DNA of 64,000 nt, from assembly GCA_963771175.1 (NCBI GenBank), contig CAVYSY010000039.1, positions 256,001 to 320,000 of the forward strand. The letters run 5' to 3'. The position numbers and the translations under genes are program-made. This document shows positions 1 to 19,185 of this stretch, piece by piece; positions within the stretch are counted from its first letter, which is position 1, and each line of letters opens with the position of its first letter. The stretch comes from an uncultured delta proteobacterium (GTDB taxonomy: Bacteria > Myxococcota > Myxococcia > Myxococcales > Myxococcaceae). Below the pieces are notes generated by a model. It made no database searches and was not told where the DNA came from. It was given only the letters and a program-made list of their open reading frames with translations.

Positions 1-2
1 TC

Positions 3-830
<828 letters not shown>

Positions 831-857
831 TCGCGGGCTGAGCCAGGGTTGAAGCAA

Positions 858-900
858 TGACGGGCAGGTTCCCAACCGGGGACCTGCCCGTTGTCTTTTT
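858..900 (+). terminator. Rho-independent terminator after lon
   Basis: stem acgggcaggttccc / ggggacctgcccgt followed by tgtcttttt. Confidence 0.8.
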
Positions 901-939
901 CGAGGGAACGCCGCCCCGCCCTCCGGGGTCTGAGGGGAC

Positions 940-1857
940 ATGCCGAAGCCCCCCGTGTGGGTGCTGCTCCTCACCGGAGGCCTGTTCGCCGCCGGATGCG
1001 CGGAGCAGGCCCGAGCCGCCCCCACAGCTCCCGAGCCCCTCCCCGCCCCCGCGGCCCCTACCCCTTCTGATCCGGTGGCATCACCGCGATGGCCCGCCGC
1101 GAGCACCCCGCTGACGGTGGCGAAAGTGGAGTTCCCCCCGGGCTTCGGAAAGAAGCGCATCTACCTGGACGCGGGGCACGGAGCGCCGGGGAACGAGGGG
1201 AACTCATCCGTCACCTGCGAGCCGGAGGAGTCCTTCACGCTCCGGGTGGCCCAGGAGCTGGCGAGGCGCCTGGAGGCCACGGGGCACTTCCGGGTGAAGC
1301 TGAGCCGGAAGCCGGGGCAGCGCCCCACGTACCCGGGTCGGCTCGAGGAGGCGGAGCGCTGGCAGGCGGACCTCTTCGTGAGCCTCCACTCGGATGCTCG
1401 GGGCGAGGCGAGCTGGTGGATGGCCTCGCCGGACCAGTGGTGCCTGCGGAACGACGCTGCCCCCGGGTACAGCGTGCTCTACGCGGACGACATCCCCGAG
1501 CCGCTGCTATCCCGGCGGCTGATCCTGGCCCGGGCGCTGGCCCGACGCATGGGGGACGCGGGCTTCTACCCCTACGGGGGCGAGGACTACGTGGGCCTGT
1601 ACGACCCCGACTCCGAGCAGCCGGGGACCTTCGTGAGCCGGCACCAGCCGGGGCAGCGCATCTTCGTGCTGCGCAAGCCGCCCATGCCCTCGGTCATCAT
1701 CGAGACGCACCACGCGCTGGACCTCGAGGAGGTGGCGCGCTGGCGGGAGGAACGCACGCTGGAGGCCTTCGCGGCGGCAGTGGCGCAGGGAGTGGTGGAC
1801 GCGCTGGCTCCCCCGCGGGTAAGCGCCACTCCAACCAAAGGAGTGACCACCCGATGA
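940..1857 (+). CDS. N-acetylmuramoyl-L-alanine amidase (Amidase_3), predicted lipoprotein
   Basis: lipobox LFAAGC; IYLDAGHG, FVSLHSDA, FVLR..MPSVIIET motifs. Confidence 0.85.
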   Translation: MPKPPVWVLLLTGGLFAAGCAEQARAAPTAPEPLPAPAAPTPSDPVASPRWPAASTPLTVAKVEFPPGFGKKRIYLDAGHGAPGNEGNSSVTCEPEESFTLRVAQELARRLEATGHFRVKLSRKPGQRPTYPGRLEEAERWQADLFVSLHSDARGEASWWMASPDQWCLRNDAAPGYSVLYADDIPEPLLSRRLILARALARRMGDAGFYPYGGEDYVGLYDPDSEQPGTFVSRHQPGQRIFVLRKPPMPSVIIETHHALDLEEVARWREERTLEAFAAAVAQGVVDALAPPRVSATPTKGVTTR

Positions 1858-2837
1858 AGTACGCCAACCTGGGCCACACCGGCCTGAAGGTGTCCCGTAT
1901 CTGCCTGGGGTGCATGAGCTACGGCACCCCCACCTGGCGTCCGTGGGTGCTGGACGAGGAGGCCTCGCAGCCCTTCTTCCGCCGCGCGGTGGAGGCCGGC
2001 ATCAACTTCTTCGACACCGCGGACATGTACTCGCTGGGCGTGAGCGAGGAGGTCACCGGCCGCGCGCTGCGCAAGTACGCGCGCATGGACGAGGTGGTGA
2101 TCGCCACCAAGGTCTACTTCCCCATGACCGATGGGCCCAACATGGGCGGCCTGTCGCGCAAGCACGTGGTGCAGGCCTGCGAGGCCAGCCTGAAGCGGCT
2201 CGGGCGTGGAGACGATCGACCTGTACCAGATCCATCGCATGGACCCGGAGACGCCCCTGGAGGAGACGCTGGCCGCGTTGGATCAGCTCGTGCGGCAGGG
2301 AAAGGTGCGCTACATCGGCGCGAGCTCGTCGGCCGCGTGGAAGTTCGCCAAGGCGCTGAGCCTCTCCGAGCGCCACGGCTGGGCGCGCTTCGTCTCCATG
2401 CAGAACCACTACAACCTCGTCTACCGCGAGGAGGAGCGGGAGATGCTCCCCCTGTGCGAGGCGGAGGGCATCGGCGTCATCCCCTGGTCCCCGCTGGCCC
2501 GCGGGCTCCTCGCCGGCACGCGCAAGTCGCTGGATGACCGGCAGACCACGACGCGCGCCGGCTCGGACGCGTTCGCGCAGGCGCTCTACGACCACCCCCA
2601 CGACTGGGACGTCGTGGAGGCGGTGAAGCAGGTGGCCTCGGCGCGAGGCAACAAGCCCGCGGAGGTGTCCCTGGCGTGGCTGCTGTCCAGACCCGCCGTG
2701 GTGGCGCGCCCATCATCGGCGCCACGAAGCTGGAGCACCTGGAGGATGCCATCCGCTCGGTGGACGTGCAGCTCACCGCCGACGAGGTGAAGGCGCTGGA
2801 GGCGCCCTACCAGCCCCACGCCGTGCGCGGCATGTAG
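1854..2837 (+). CDS. Aldo/keto reductase (frameshifts near 2200 and 2705)
   Basis: MKYANLGHTGLKVSRICLGCMSYG, FFDTADMYS, IDLYQIHR, GKVRYIGAS, IPWSPLARG spread over three frames. Confidence 0.85.
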
Positions 2838-2867
2838 CCCGCCGCCAGGACCGGCCGGGGGAGAAGC

Positions 2868-3839
2868 TCAGGGCTTCTCCTTCGCCAGCGCGTCCACCTT
2901 CTTCTGGAGGTCCTGCGTGTCCTCGAAGAAGGCATCCACCGATTTCGCGGGAGCCACCTGGAAGGCCGGCGGCAGCAGCGTGCGATCGATCTCCAGCGAG
3001 GGCGAGAAGTCCTCCTCGTCCAGCAACGAGTCCGCCTGGGTCAGTGCCCCGAAGCACACCAGGATCACCGCCAGCACGCCCGCCAGTCGCCTCGGCTCCG
3101 CGCGCGACACGTAGCGCAGGTGCCAGAAGAGCACGTACCCCATCCACCCCAGGTACCCCAGCAGGAACAGCCACCGCACCCAGGTCCCCAGCGCCAGGCT
3201 GTACGTCACCAGCGTCAGCAACATCGGAATGATCAGCAGCCCCAGCAGCGCCAGGCTCCCGATGGTGCCATGCGCCCCGAAGTGGAACTGCCGGCGTGCC
3301 ACCTTGCTCGCGACGGACCAGAGGCCCGCCCAGACGAAGGACATGAACACCGGCAGGAACACCGCCAGCGCCAGCGAGCCCCAGTTCGTCTTCTGGTAGT
3401 TCGTCAGGTACTCGGAGAGCAGGGAGAACACCACCGCCACCGCCAGCATCGCCGGGAAGGCGAAGGGTCGATCGAAGAGGCGCCCCCTCGGCGCCACCAG
3501 GATCTCCGCGACGCGCGTGTCCTCCACCGCGTGCGACCGGCTCCGGAAGCGCAGCACCGTATCCCCCACCGCCACCCGCGCATCGTCCGTGAGCTCCAGC
3601 TCCGCCAGCCGCGCCCAGGGCTCCACCCGGAACGTCCCGTTGCTGCTGCCCACGTCCCGCAGCACCAGCTTCCCCTCCTCCGTGCGCTCGATGCGCAGGT
3701 GCGAGGCCGACACCTTGGGATCATCCAGGATGATGTCGTTCGTGTACCCGCGTCCCACCGTCACCGGGAAGCGCTCCAGCCGGTGACGCGTGTGCACCGC
3801 GTCTCCCTCCAGCACCTCCAGGAAGATCACTTCGTCCAC
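2868..3839 (-). CDS. FHA-domain membrane protein
   Basis: GTG start overlapping upstream stop; FHA motifs VGRGY, S..H, S.NGT; several hydrophobic helices in C-terminal half. Confidence 0.8.
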   Translation of the reverse strand: MDEVIFLEVLEGDAVHTRHRLERFPVTVGRGYTNDIILDDPKVSASHLRIERTEEGKLVLRDVGSSNGTFRVEPWARLAELELTDDARVAVGDTVLRFRSRSHAVEDTRVAEILVAPRGRLFDRPFAFPAMLAVAVVFSLLSEYLTNYQKTNWGSLALAVFLPVFMSFVWAGLWSVASKVARRQFHFGAHGTIGSLALLGLLIIPMLLTLVTYSLALGTWVRWLFLLGYLGWMGYVLFWHLRYVSRAEPRRLAGVLAVILVCFGALTQADSLLDEEDFSPSLEIDRTLLPPAFQVAPAKSVDAFFEDTQDLQKKVDALAKEKP

Positions 3840-5152
3840 GCGAGCGCCTCCAGGTAGCGGCGCGCGATGGCGCGTGCGTTGTCCGCGGAGAACCCCGCCA
3901 GGTCCAGGCTCGTCTGCACGCCCGAGGTGCTCGCGTTGAGCGTGGCCGCCCGGAGCGCCAGGTCGTACAGCCCGGGGAACTTCTTGTAGGCGCGCAGGCA
4001 CAGGGCCGTGCGCACTGGCATCCCGCCCACCTTCACGAACTTCACCTCGCAGCGGAAGTTCGTCACGTCCTCCTTCGTCGCGTCCACGCCGCCCGCATCG
4101 TTGCCGAAGGTCGACGTGTAGAGCGCCGAGAAGCGAAGAGGCCCGAGCTGATCGCTCGACACATAGGCGTGGTTATAGGCCACCACTCCCGTGCGGTGGT
4201 CCGAGCTCAGGTAGATGTCCTCCTCGGACGAGCACTGGTAGCTGGTGATGGTGTACGGGTTCTCCGGCTCGTGCGGGGTGTCGCCCCAGCACTTGAGGAA
4301 CGGCAGCCAGCGGCCGGGCACGCGGTAGTCCCCGAGCGTCTGCGTGGGCACCGGCTCGGCCAGCAGGCGCTCGGAGACGCGCTGCTGGTTGTCCAGCAAC
4401 TGCGCGCCCACCATGGCCAGCAGCGTCGAGGGGCTGGTCTCCTTCGCCTGTCGGGCCCGCTCCAGCAGCGCCCGCGCGTGGGCCACCGGCACCAGGAAGC
4501 CGAGCTGGTTGCCCATCGTGGCCACGTTGACGCCCACCACCTTGCCCTCGTTCGACACCGTGGGGCCGCCACTCATGCCCGGGTTGATGGCGCCGCTGAA
4601 GTGCACCTTGTCGTAGAGCGCGTCCTGGATGAGGCCGTTGTAGGTCCCCTCGACGATGGTGGTGCCCAAATCGTGCGGGTTTCCCATGGCGTACAGCCGC
4701 GTGCCCTGCGGGGGCTCCCGATCCGCCAGCACGAACCAGTCCTTCACCGGCCCGTCCAACTGGATGACGGCCAGATCGTGCACCACGTCCACGTCCACCA
4801 GCCGCACCGGCATCGCCTCGGTGTCCTTGCCGTCGCGCACCAGCTCGGCGGTGTAGTCCTCCGGGTGGTGAACGATGCTGGAGACGACGTGGTAGTTGGT
4901 GATGGCGTGCCCCTCGGCGCTCACGAAGAACCCCGAGCCGATGGACGACTTGGTGCCGCTCCGTCGCTCGATGATGCGCACCTGGACCACGCGGCCCTTG
5001 ATGCGCTCGAAGAGCTCGTGGGTGGCTGGGGGCAGCGTGGCCACGGGCAGCGGAGGGACGACGGCCGGCGTGCCCGCGTCCGGCGCGCCCGTGGGAACGC
5101 CCGGGGCCTGGGCCAACGTGGCGAGGAGGAGGATCATCAGCATGAGCGGCAC
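3827..5152 (-). CDS. Secreted trypsin-like serine protease (S1C) with Cys-containing C-terminal domain
   Basis: signal peptide; GSGFFV, TNYHVV (His), HDLA (Asp), NPGMSGGP (Ser). Confidence 0.85.
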   Translation of the reverse strand: MPLMLMILLLATLAQAPGVPTGAPDAGTPAVVPPLPVATLPPATHELFERIKGRVVQVRIIERRSGTKSSIGSGFFVSAEGHAITNYHVVSSIVHHPEDYTAELVRDGKDTEAMPVRLVDVDVVHDLAVIQLDGPVKDWFVLADREPPQGTRLYAMGNPHDLGTTIVEGTYNGLIQDALYDKVHFSGAINPGMSGGPTVSNEGKVVGVNVATMGNQLGFLVPVAHARALLERARQAKETSPSTLLAMVGAQLLDNQQRVSERLLAEPVPTQTLGDYRVPGRWLPFLKCWGDTPHEPENPYTITSYQCSSEEDIYLSSDHRTGVVAYNHAYVSSDQLGPLRFSALYTSTFGNDAGGVDATKEDVTNFRCEVKFVKVGGMPVRTALCLRAYKKFPGLYDLALRAATLNASTSGVQTSLDLAGFSADNARAIARRYLEALAWTK

Positions 5153-5417
5153 ACACTAGCGGAACGGCCGCGCATCACCCGGAAGACTGCCGGGGCGGGC
5201 GCGCCGGCCCACGCGCCCGCCCCTCTCCACAACCGATGGGGCCACCACCGGCCGGGCTTCGTCAGCGAGCGCGAGGCTCGCATGCTCTCCGACCATGCAG
5301 GCGGAATTTTGAAGTCATCGATGAAAATTTAGGGTAGCAGGCAAGCGGCGGAGCCCGAAAGCGGCGGGCCCGTGGACCCGTGACATCCCTGCCCCGCACG
5401 GTAACCTTGCGCCCGAG

Positions 5418-5909
5418 ATGAACCCCGAAGCCCGCGCCGAAATGGTCGCACATGCCGAACGCGCCCTGCGTCGCGGAGAGCTGGGAGAGGCGGTGAGCCT
5501 CTACGAATCGCTCTGCCGGGCCTTCCCCGAGGACCCCTCCCTGGCCCTCAGGCTCACCAACCTGCGCGAGATGCTCCAGCCCGAGGAGCTGCAGACGCTC
5601 CAGGCCGTCCGAGCCAGCGCCGACGCCGAGCCCGAGCCGGTGCCCCAGGGCCCCTCCACCCCCGTGGCCGAGGGCGAGCGCCTCTTCGTCCTGGGGGACT
5701 ACGCGGGTGCGGCCGCCGCCTACCGCCGCGCCCTCCAGGCACAGCCACACAACGAGCTGCTCCACGAGCGGCTCGTGGAGGTGTACCGGCTCGCCCGCGC
5801 ACTCCCGGTGCACTCGCCCACGGATCGTAAATTGCCGCGGCAGGCGGAACCGCTCCTCCACGCCCTGCTGGACCGGCTGGCCGCGCGACGTCGTCTCAAG
5901 CGCGATTGA
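5418..5909 (+). CDS. Small TPR-like hypothetical protein
   Basis: two TPR-like segments (GELGEAVSLYE; GDYAGAAAAYRRAL). Confidence 0.65.
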   Translation: MNPEARAEMVAHAERALRRGELGEAVSLYESLCRAFPEDPSLALRLTNLREMLQPEELQTLQAVRASADAEPEPVPQGPSTPVAEGERLFVLGDYAGAAAAYRRALQAQPHNELLHERLVEVYRLARALPVHSPTDRKLPRQAEPLLHALLDRLAARRRLKRD

Positions 5910-6024
5910 GGCTTTGCACCACTCGGGGTCGGCTCCTAGAATCCACCCCGACGTCGCTGTCATGGCCGCCGTATCCACCCTGACAATCGCGTCCTCCTGA
6001 CTCATCACCTGAGACGCGGAAGAC

Positions 6025-7820
<1,796 letters not shown>

Positions 7821-7824
<4 letters not shown>

Positions 7825-8810
7825 GCCGCTGCCTCCGCATCCTCCTGCTGCTGGTGGGGCTGATCGCCCCCGGGACCGTGCTCGCCGAGGAGCCGGTGGA
7901 CCCGGAAGTGACCACCCTGCGAGCCACCTACGAGTACGGCCGCTATGCCGAGGTGCTCGACCGCGCGGGCACGCGCATCGACCGGGGCCGGCTGTCCGAG
8001 AAGGACCTGGCGGAGCTGCACAAGCTGGCCGGGCTGAGCGCCTTCAACCTCAACCGTACCGAGGACGCCGGGCGCCACTTCCGCGCGCTGCTGCGGCTGG
8101 AGCCGGACTTCAACCTGGATCCCTTCGCGGTGCCCCCGCCGGCGGTGGCGTACCTGGACGGCATCCGCGAGCAGATGGCGGGGGAGCTGGACCTGGTGCG
8201 CCAGGAGCGGCGACTGCGGGTGGAGCGTGAGCGCGCGGAGGCCGAGCGTCGAGAGCGCGAGCGCGTGGCCGCCGAGGAGCAGCGCCGCCGCGTGGAAGCG
8301 CTGTCCCGGCAGGTGACGGTGCGCGAGGTGGAGAGGCGCAGCTTCCTGGTGAACTTCGTCCCCTTCGGCGCGGGCCAGTTCCAGCAGGGCCGCAACCGCC
8401 TGGGCACCCTCTTCGCGGCCACCCAGGGCGCGCTCGCCGTCACCAGCGTCATCTCCTACTTCGCCTACAACGGCCTCATCGAAACGAAGAAAGTGACGGT
8501 GGACGACATCCGCGAGCCCAAGGAGGTCCCCGTGCGCTTCATCCCCACCGAGAGCCTCCCACAGGCCCAGACGTGGACGCGGCTCAAGTGGGGCTCGGCC
8601 GCGGGCTTCTACGCGGTGTACGCGGCGGGCGTGGTGGACGCCCTCGTCCACCATCAGGACCAGGTGGTGGACACCCACATCGAGACCCTCCCCGCCTCCG
8701 CGCCGCCGCCCGAGCCCCGGGAGTCCACGCCGGACCCCTCGCTCCGCGCCCGGCTGCACATCTTCCCCACGCCGGGCGGTGCCGGCGCGGGCTTCACCCT
8801 CGGCTTCTAG
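7821..8810 (+). CDS. Exported TPR-containing protein
   Basis: ATGA overlap with kinase; signal peptide, TPR, coiled coil, FVPFGAGQFQ, C-terminal FTLGF. Confidence 0.7.
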
Positions 8811-8822
8811 GAACGCGTCGAC

Positions 8823-10727
<1,905 letters not shown>

Positions 10728-10838
10728 CCTTTTGAGCGTGGACTTCCCGTGACAGGGTTGTCGCGGTTTCCCGCGTCCGCCGCCTGTGTCACCCTCGGCA
10801 AACCCCTGTTCCGACGATGAAATCCTGTTTCCGCCGAT

Positions 10839-10854
10839 TGGCCAGTGACTTGCT
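10839..10854 (+). promoter_or_regulatory. Putative sigma54 (-24/-12) promoter
   Basis: TGGC-cagtgac-TTGCT with canonical GG-N10-GC spacing, just upstream of ATG 10868. Confidence 0.65.
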
Positions 10855-10867
10855 AAGGCTCCCCTCC

Positions 10868-11410
10868 ATGAAGTGGCTGGGGCTCGGGGTCGCCGTATGG
10901 GCGTCCGGAGGATGTCTCCTCCCCCAAGAGGAGAACTACCTCAACGAGTTTCCCATCCCACGTAACCGCCCCCCCCGGATCGTGGAGAAACAGGTGCAAC
11001 CCTCCGAGCGCATCATCCGAGGCTACGGCTCCGACGTGTGCGAGCTGCAGTTCTCCGTCATCGTCGAGGATGCCGATCTGGGCGACAACCTCAGCGCCCA
11101 CTGGTTCATCGACTACGATCCGACCCGGCCCCGGGGCGCGGACAACGAGGACCCCATCGGCTTGGGCACCAAGGCGGTGCGCGACCAGCGCGCCGACTTC
11201 AGTCCGAAGTTCGGCTCGGTCGAGTACAGCCGCCTGAACACGCCCGGAGACCATGTCATCGAGGTGATCGTCTCCGACAACGGCCTGGTGGGCCGGGAGG
11301 CCCAGCCGTTCATCAGGACCCTGCCGGACGGGACCGATTTCAAGGATCCGGGCTACACCGCCACGTATGCATGGTTCGTGAGGACCGAGCCCGGAGGAGG
11401 CTGCGAATGA
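10868..11410 (+). CDS. Hypothetical lipoprotein
   Basis: MKWLGLGVAVWASGGC lipobox-like N-terminus; Ig-like beta-rich body. Confidence 0.65.
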   Translation: MKWLGLGVAVWASGGCLLPQEENYLNEFPIPRNRPPRIVEKQVQPSERIIRGYGSDVCELQFSVIVEDADLGDNLSAHWFIDYDPTRPRGADNEDPIGLGTKAVRDQRADFSPKFGSVEYSRLNTPGDHVIEVIVSDNGLVGREAQPFIRTLPDGTDFKDPGYTATYAWFVRTEPGGGCE

Positions 11411-13011
11411 GAAGGCTCTCCGCGACCTTGCTGCTGCTCGCGGCCCTCGTCACGGGCTGCGCGGCGGCGGACTTCGACAGCGCCTTCCTCGGTTGCCGCG
11501 GCGACGACGAGTGCGGCGACAACCAGGTGTGCTTCCCCGAGGGCTGCGGCGACCCCGGCAAGAACATCCGGGTGGAGGTGGTGCCCGATCCCAAGGGCGG
11601 CCTGTACGCCCAGGACTTCCGGGTGGAGGATCTGCGCAGCGAGCAGAACATCGAGCTGTTCGACCCCGCCACCCTCCAGGGACAGGTGCGCAGGGAGGGC
11701 GTGTCGTCCAGCACGTACTCCGCCCCCGTCACCCTGCGCCTGACGGGCGAGAGCCTGCTCATCCCCGGGGTGATCCGCCGCCACGAGACGACCCTCACCC
11801 CCGACAGCAGCGGCTACTCGCTGCCCGTGGCCTCCGGGCGCTACACCGTCACCCTGCTCGCGGCCGACACCGAGCTGCCGCCCCAGAGCACCACCCGGGA
11901 GGTGCAGCCGGGCAACGCGGTGACGCTGGACTTCACCCTGCCCGCCTCCACCTCGCTCGTCCGGCTCTCCGGGAAGGTGGTGGGCTCGGACGGACTGCCG
12001 GTGGACGTGGATCTGGAGGCACAGGCCCTGGACGAGGCGCTGCGCCCACTCTCACAGCGCGTCGCGGTGAATCGCACCACGGGAGAGCTCACCCTGTCGC
12101 TCCCGCCCTCGGCCGCCCTGCTCCCCAATGTGCTCGTCCAGGTGCTCCCCAACTCGGCGGAGGCCCTGGTGCCGCAGAAGCTGTTCAACGTGAACCCGCG
12201 CCTGGGCATCCAGGAGCCGCTGTCGATGGGCGACTACGGCCTTCCCGTGCCGGTGCGGGGCCGGGTGAAGGACCAGGACGGACAGCCGCTGGCGCAGGCC
12301 ACGGTGTACCTGCAGGGCAAGGTGGGCGGCGGCGGCCAGTACAGCAGCCGGAGGGTGATGACGGACGCCAACGGCATGTTCGAGGTCTTCACGCTCGCGA
12401 GCGCCCTCGATGCCTCGACGATGCTCTACGTCGTCCCTCCGCCGGGCTCGCGAGCCGGCATCACCCTGAAGTCCCTCACCGTGCCTCGCGCCGGCCTCTC
12501 CCTGGCGCAGGAGGTGACGTGCGAGAACCGGATGAAGGTCCAGGGCACCTTGCTGATGCCGAGCGACTCACTGTTCGCCGCGGGCGTGAAGGTGGTGGCC
12601 GAGCCGATCGGCGAGCTGCGCGGCTGGCCCCGGCCCTCGTTCATGGTCGAGGCCTCCCGGCCCACGGATGACATGGGCCACTTCGAGCTCGCGCTCGATC
12701 CGGGCCAGTACCGCCTCGACTTCATCCCCACCGACGGCCTGCCTCGCGTCAGCCGCATCGTGACGGTGCGCCCCGGAGAGGACACCCCGGGTGGCGTCCA
12801 GGAGCTCTCCTCCTTCACCCTCTCGAAGGGCCGCCGCGTCACCGGGCACGTCAGCTTCAGCGGCCAGAGGATGATGGAGCCCGCCGCCCCCTACGCCTCC
12901 ATCCGCTTCTTCCGCGTCGTGGACGTGGAGGGCAAGCCGTCCGCCCTGCTGCTCGCGCAGACACTGACGGACCAGGACGGCAGCTACTCCACCACCCTCC
13001 CCACGCGCTGA
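11407..13011 (+). CDS. Lipoprotein with carboxypeptidase-regulatory-like beta-sandwich repeats
   Basis: ATGA overlap; lipobox LVTGC; small Cys module C..D.EC...QVC....C; repeats such as VRGRVKDQDGQPLAQATV and TDANGMF. Confidence 0.75.
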   Translation: MRRLSATLLLLAALVTGCAAADFDSAFLGCRGDDECGDNQVCFPEGCGDPGKNIRVEVVPDPKGGLYAQDFRVEDLRSEQNIELFDPATLQGQVRREGVSSSTYSAPVTLRLTGESLLIPGVIRRHETTLTPDSSGYSLPVASGRYTVTLLAADTELPPQSTTREVQPGNAVTLDFTLPASTSLVRLSGKVVGSDGLPVDVDLEAQALDEALRPLSQRVAVNRTTGELTLSLPPSAALLPNVLVQVLPNSAEALVPQKLFNVNPRLGIQEPLSMGDYGLPVPVRGRVKDQDGQPLAQATVYLQGKVGGGGQYSSRRVMTDANGMFEVFTLASALDASTMLYVVPPPGSRAGITLKSLTVPRAGLSLAQEVTCENRMKVQGTLLMPSDSLFAAGVKVVAEPIGELRGWPRPSFMVEASRPTDDMGHFELALDPGQYRLDFIPTDGLPRVSRIVTVRPGEDTPGGVQELSSFTLSKGRRVTGHVSFSGQRMMEPAAPYASIRFFRVVDVEGKPSALLLAQTLTDQDGSYSTTLPTR

Positions 13012-13103
13012 CCGCCCACGCCCCTCGCCGGATCCGCTCCCGCCCCTCCCTCCACCGGAGGCGGCGGGAATATGCATTTGTCACTTGCTTGTATGCAGGG
13101 CAG

Positions 13104-13122
13104 CGAATATTCATGCACGCTC

Positions 13123-13127
<5 letters not shown>
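13104..13127 (+). promoter_or_regulatory. Putative ARG boxes (ArgR operator) overlapping argC start
   Basis: cGAAT-attc-ATGCA (13104-13117) and TGCAc-gctc-ATGCA (13114-13127) resemble TGMAT-N4-ATKCA; AT-rich patch ahead of an operon containing argR. Confidence 0.55.
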
Positions 13128-16266
<3,139 letters not shown>

Positions 16267-16290
16267 GTCCACGTCGAGGGGGCACCGAAC

Positions 16291-16767
16291 GTGAAAACCA
16301 ATGGAGACAAGGCGGCCCGCCAGGAGGCCATCCGCCGCATCATCCGCACGCACGCGGTGTCCACGCAGGAGGAGCTCGGTCAGCTCCTCGCCCGCGAGGA
16401 CTTCGACGTCACCCAGGCCACCCTCTCGAGGGATCTGGCGCAGCTCGGCGCCATGCGCGTATCGCTGCCCGAGGGCGGGACGGTGTACGGACTGGAGGAC
16501 GCCCCTCCTCCCTCGAGCGAGGCGCGGCTGCTCGAGCTGGCGGAGATGATCGTCTCGATGGACGACAACGAAATGTTGGTGGTGATCCGCACCCGCCCGG
16601 GCTCCGCGCCCCTGGTGGCCTCCACCATCGATCAAGCCCGGCTCCCCGAGACCCTGGGGACCATCGCCGGCGATGACACCATCTTCGTCGCCCCATCCCG
16701 GGGGAAGTCGCCCCGTACACTGTCCAAGAAGTTGAAGACGCTCTTCGGAAAGGAAGAAACCCCGTGA
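16291..16767 (+). CDS. argR: Arginine repressor
   Basis: [28 protein letters not shown]. Confidence 0.95.
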   Translation: MKTNGDKAARQEAIRRIIRTHAVSTQEELGQLLAREDFDVTQATLSRDLAQLGAMRVSLPEGGTVYGLEDAPPPSSEARLLELAEMIVSMDDNEMLVVIRTRPGSAPLVASTIDQARLPETLGTIAGDDTIFVAPSRGKSPRTLSKKLKTLFGKEETP

Positions 16768-18222
16768 CGATTGCCAAGACGGCCGCCTCCGGCGGGCCCG
16801 GCCTCCACCCCGAGGTGCTGGCATTCACCAGCTCGCTGGCGCTCGACAAGGCCCTCCTGCACGGAGGACCTGGTGGGCAGCATCGCCCACCTCACCATGC
16901 TGTCGCGCACGCGCATCATCCCCTCGGAGGACGCCCGCGCCATCCGCGCGCAGCTCGTGGCCATCTGAGAGGCCTCCCGGGCCGGCACGCTCGTCCTCGC
17001 CGGACGAGGAGGACGTGCACATGGCGGTCGAGGCGGACGATCACCCGCGTCCTCGGTGAGCGCGCCGGCCTCCTGCACACCGCGCGCTCGCGCAACGACC
17101 AGGTCGCGTTGGACCTGCGCCTGCACGTGCGCGAGCAGGTGGCGGCGCGAGGCGCTCTCCGTGCTCTCGACGCTGCTGGAGGACCTGACCGCCCGCGCCG
17201 AGGCGGAGCGCGAGACGCTCCTCCCCGCGTACACGCACCGGCAGCGCGCGCAGCCCATCTCCCTCGGCCTACAGCTGCTGCGGGTACGGGGCCATGTTCG
17301 CCCGCGACGTGGACGCGCTCGGCTTCGTGCTGGAGCAGGTGTCCTCGCTGCCGCTGGGCGTGGGCGCCATCGGCGGCACCTCGCTGCCCATCGACCGCGA
17401 GGTGACGCGCGAGCTGCTGCGCTTCTCGCGCGTCACGCTGCAACGGGCTGGACACGGTGGGCGACCGCGACTTCGCGCTCGACTTCGCCTACGCGACCAT
17501 GCGCTCGCTGCTGCACGCCAGCCGCGTGGCCACGGACTTCTATCGACTTCGCCTCGCCGCGAGTTCGGCTTCGTGAAGCTGGACGGGGAGATCGCCTGTG
17601 GCTCGAGCATGATGCCGCAGAAGCGCAACCCGGACGTCTTCGAGCTCATCCGCGGCAAGTGCGGACGCGGCGGTGGGCAACCTCACGGAGCTCTGCGCGG
17701 TGCTCGTGAAGGGGCTGCCGGGCGGGTACAACCGCGACCTGCAGGAGGATCGGCAGGCGCTGCTGGAGACGGGCCCGCTGCTGACGAGCGTGCTGTCCAT
17801 GCTGCACCTCGCGCTGGGCAAGGTGCACTTCGACCGCGAGCGGTGCTTCGCGGCGGTGCAGTCGGACTACACGCAGGCCACGGACGTGGCCGAGGCGCTG
17901 GCGATGAAGGGCATCCCCTTCCGCACGGCGTACAAGGCCACGGGAGCGCTGGTGCGGGCGTGCCAGGAGCGTGGATTGCCGCTGGCCAAGGTGACGCTGG
18001 AGCTGGCACAGTCCGTCGACCCGCGCTTCGACGCCGAGGTGCTGCAAGCAGCGCGGATCCGCGGCGCGCGGTGGAGCGCAAGGCCAACGCCGGAGGCACC
18101 GGACCGGCGTCGGTGGAGAAGCAGATCGCCGAGCTGAAGTCCCATGCGGCCCGGGCCCGGGCGGCGGCCAACGCCATCCCGCGGCTCGACACCCTCTTCG
18201 ATTCCCTGCAGGAGGCAGCACT

Positions 18223-18226
<4 letters not shown>
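16764..18226 (+). CDS. argH: Argininosuccinate lyase (many frameshifts and an in-frame TGA at 16966)
   Basis: [55 protein letters not shown]. Confidence 0.88.
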
Positions 18227-19134
<908 letters not shown>

Positions 19135-19153
19135 GCCCCAGGACAGCGGGTCG

Positions 19154-19179
19154 GGAGCACCCGTCCTACCGGGTGCTCC
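19154..19179. terminator. Hairpin between convergent argF and oxidoreductase genes
   Basis: ggagcacccg / cgggtgctcc perfect 10-bp stem. Confidence 0.5.
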
Positions 19180-19185
19180 GGGCGC

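Noticed and set aside
1089..2537. 482-aa ORF with a long N-terminal extension on the aldo-keto reductase
   Set aside because: The extension is an alternate frame of the amidase; the true start is ATG 1854 with RBS aaggag.
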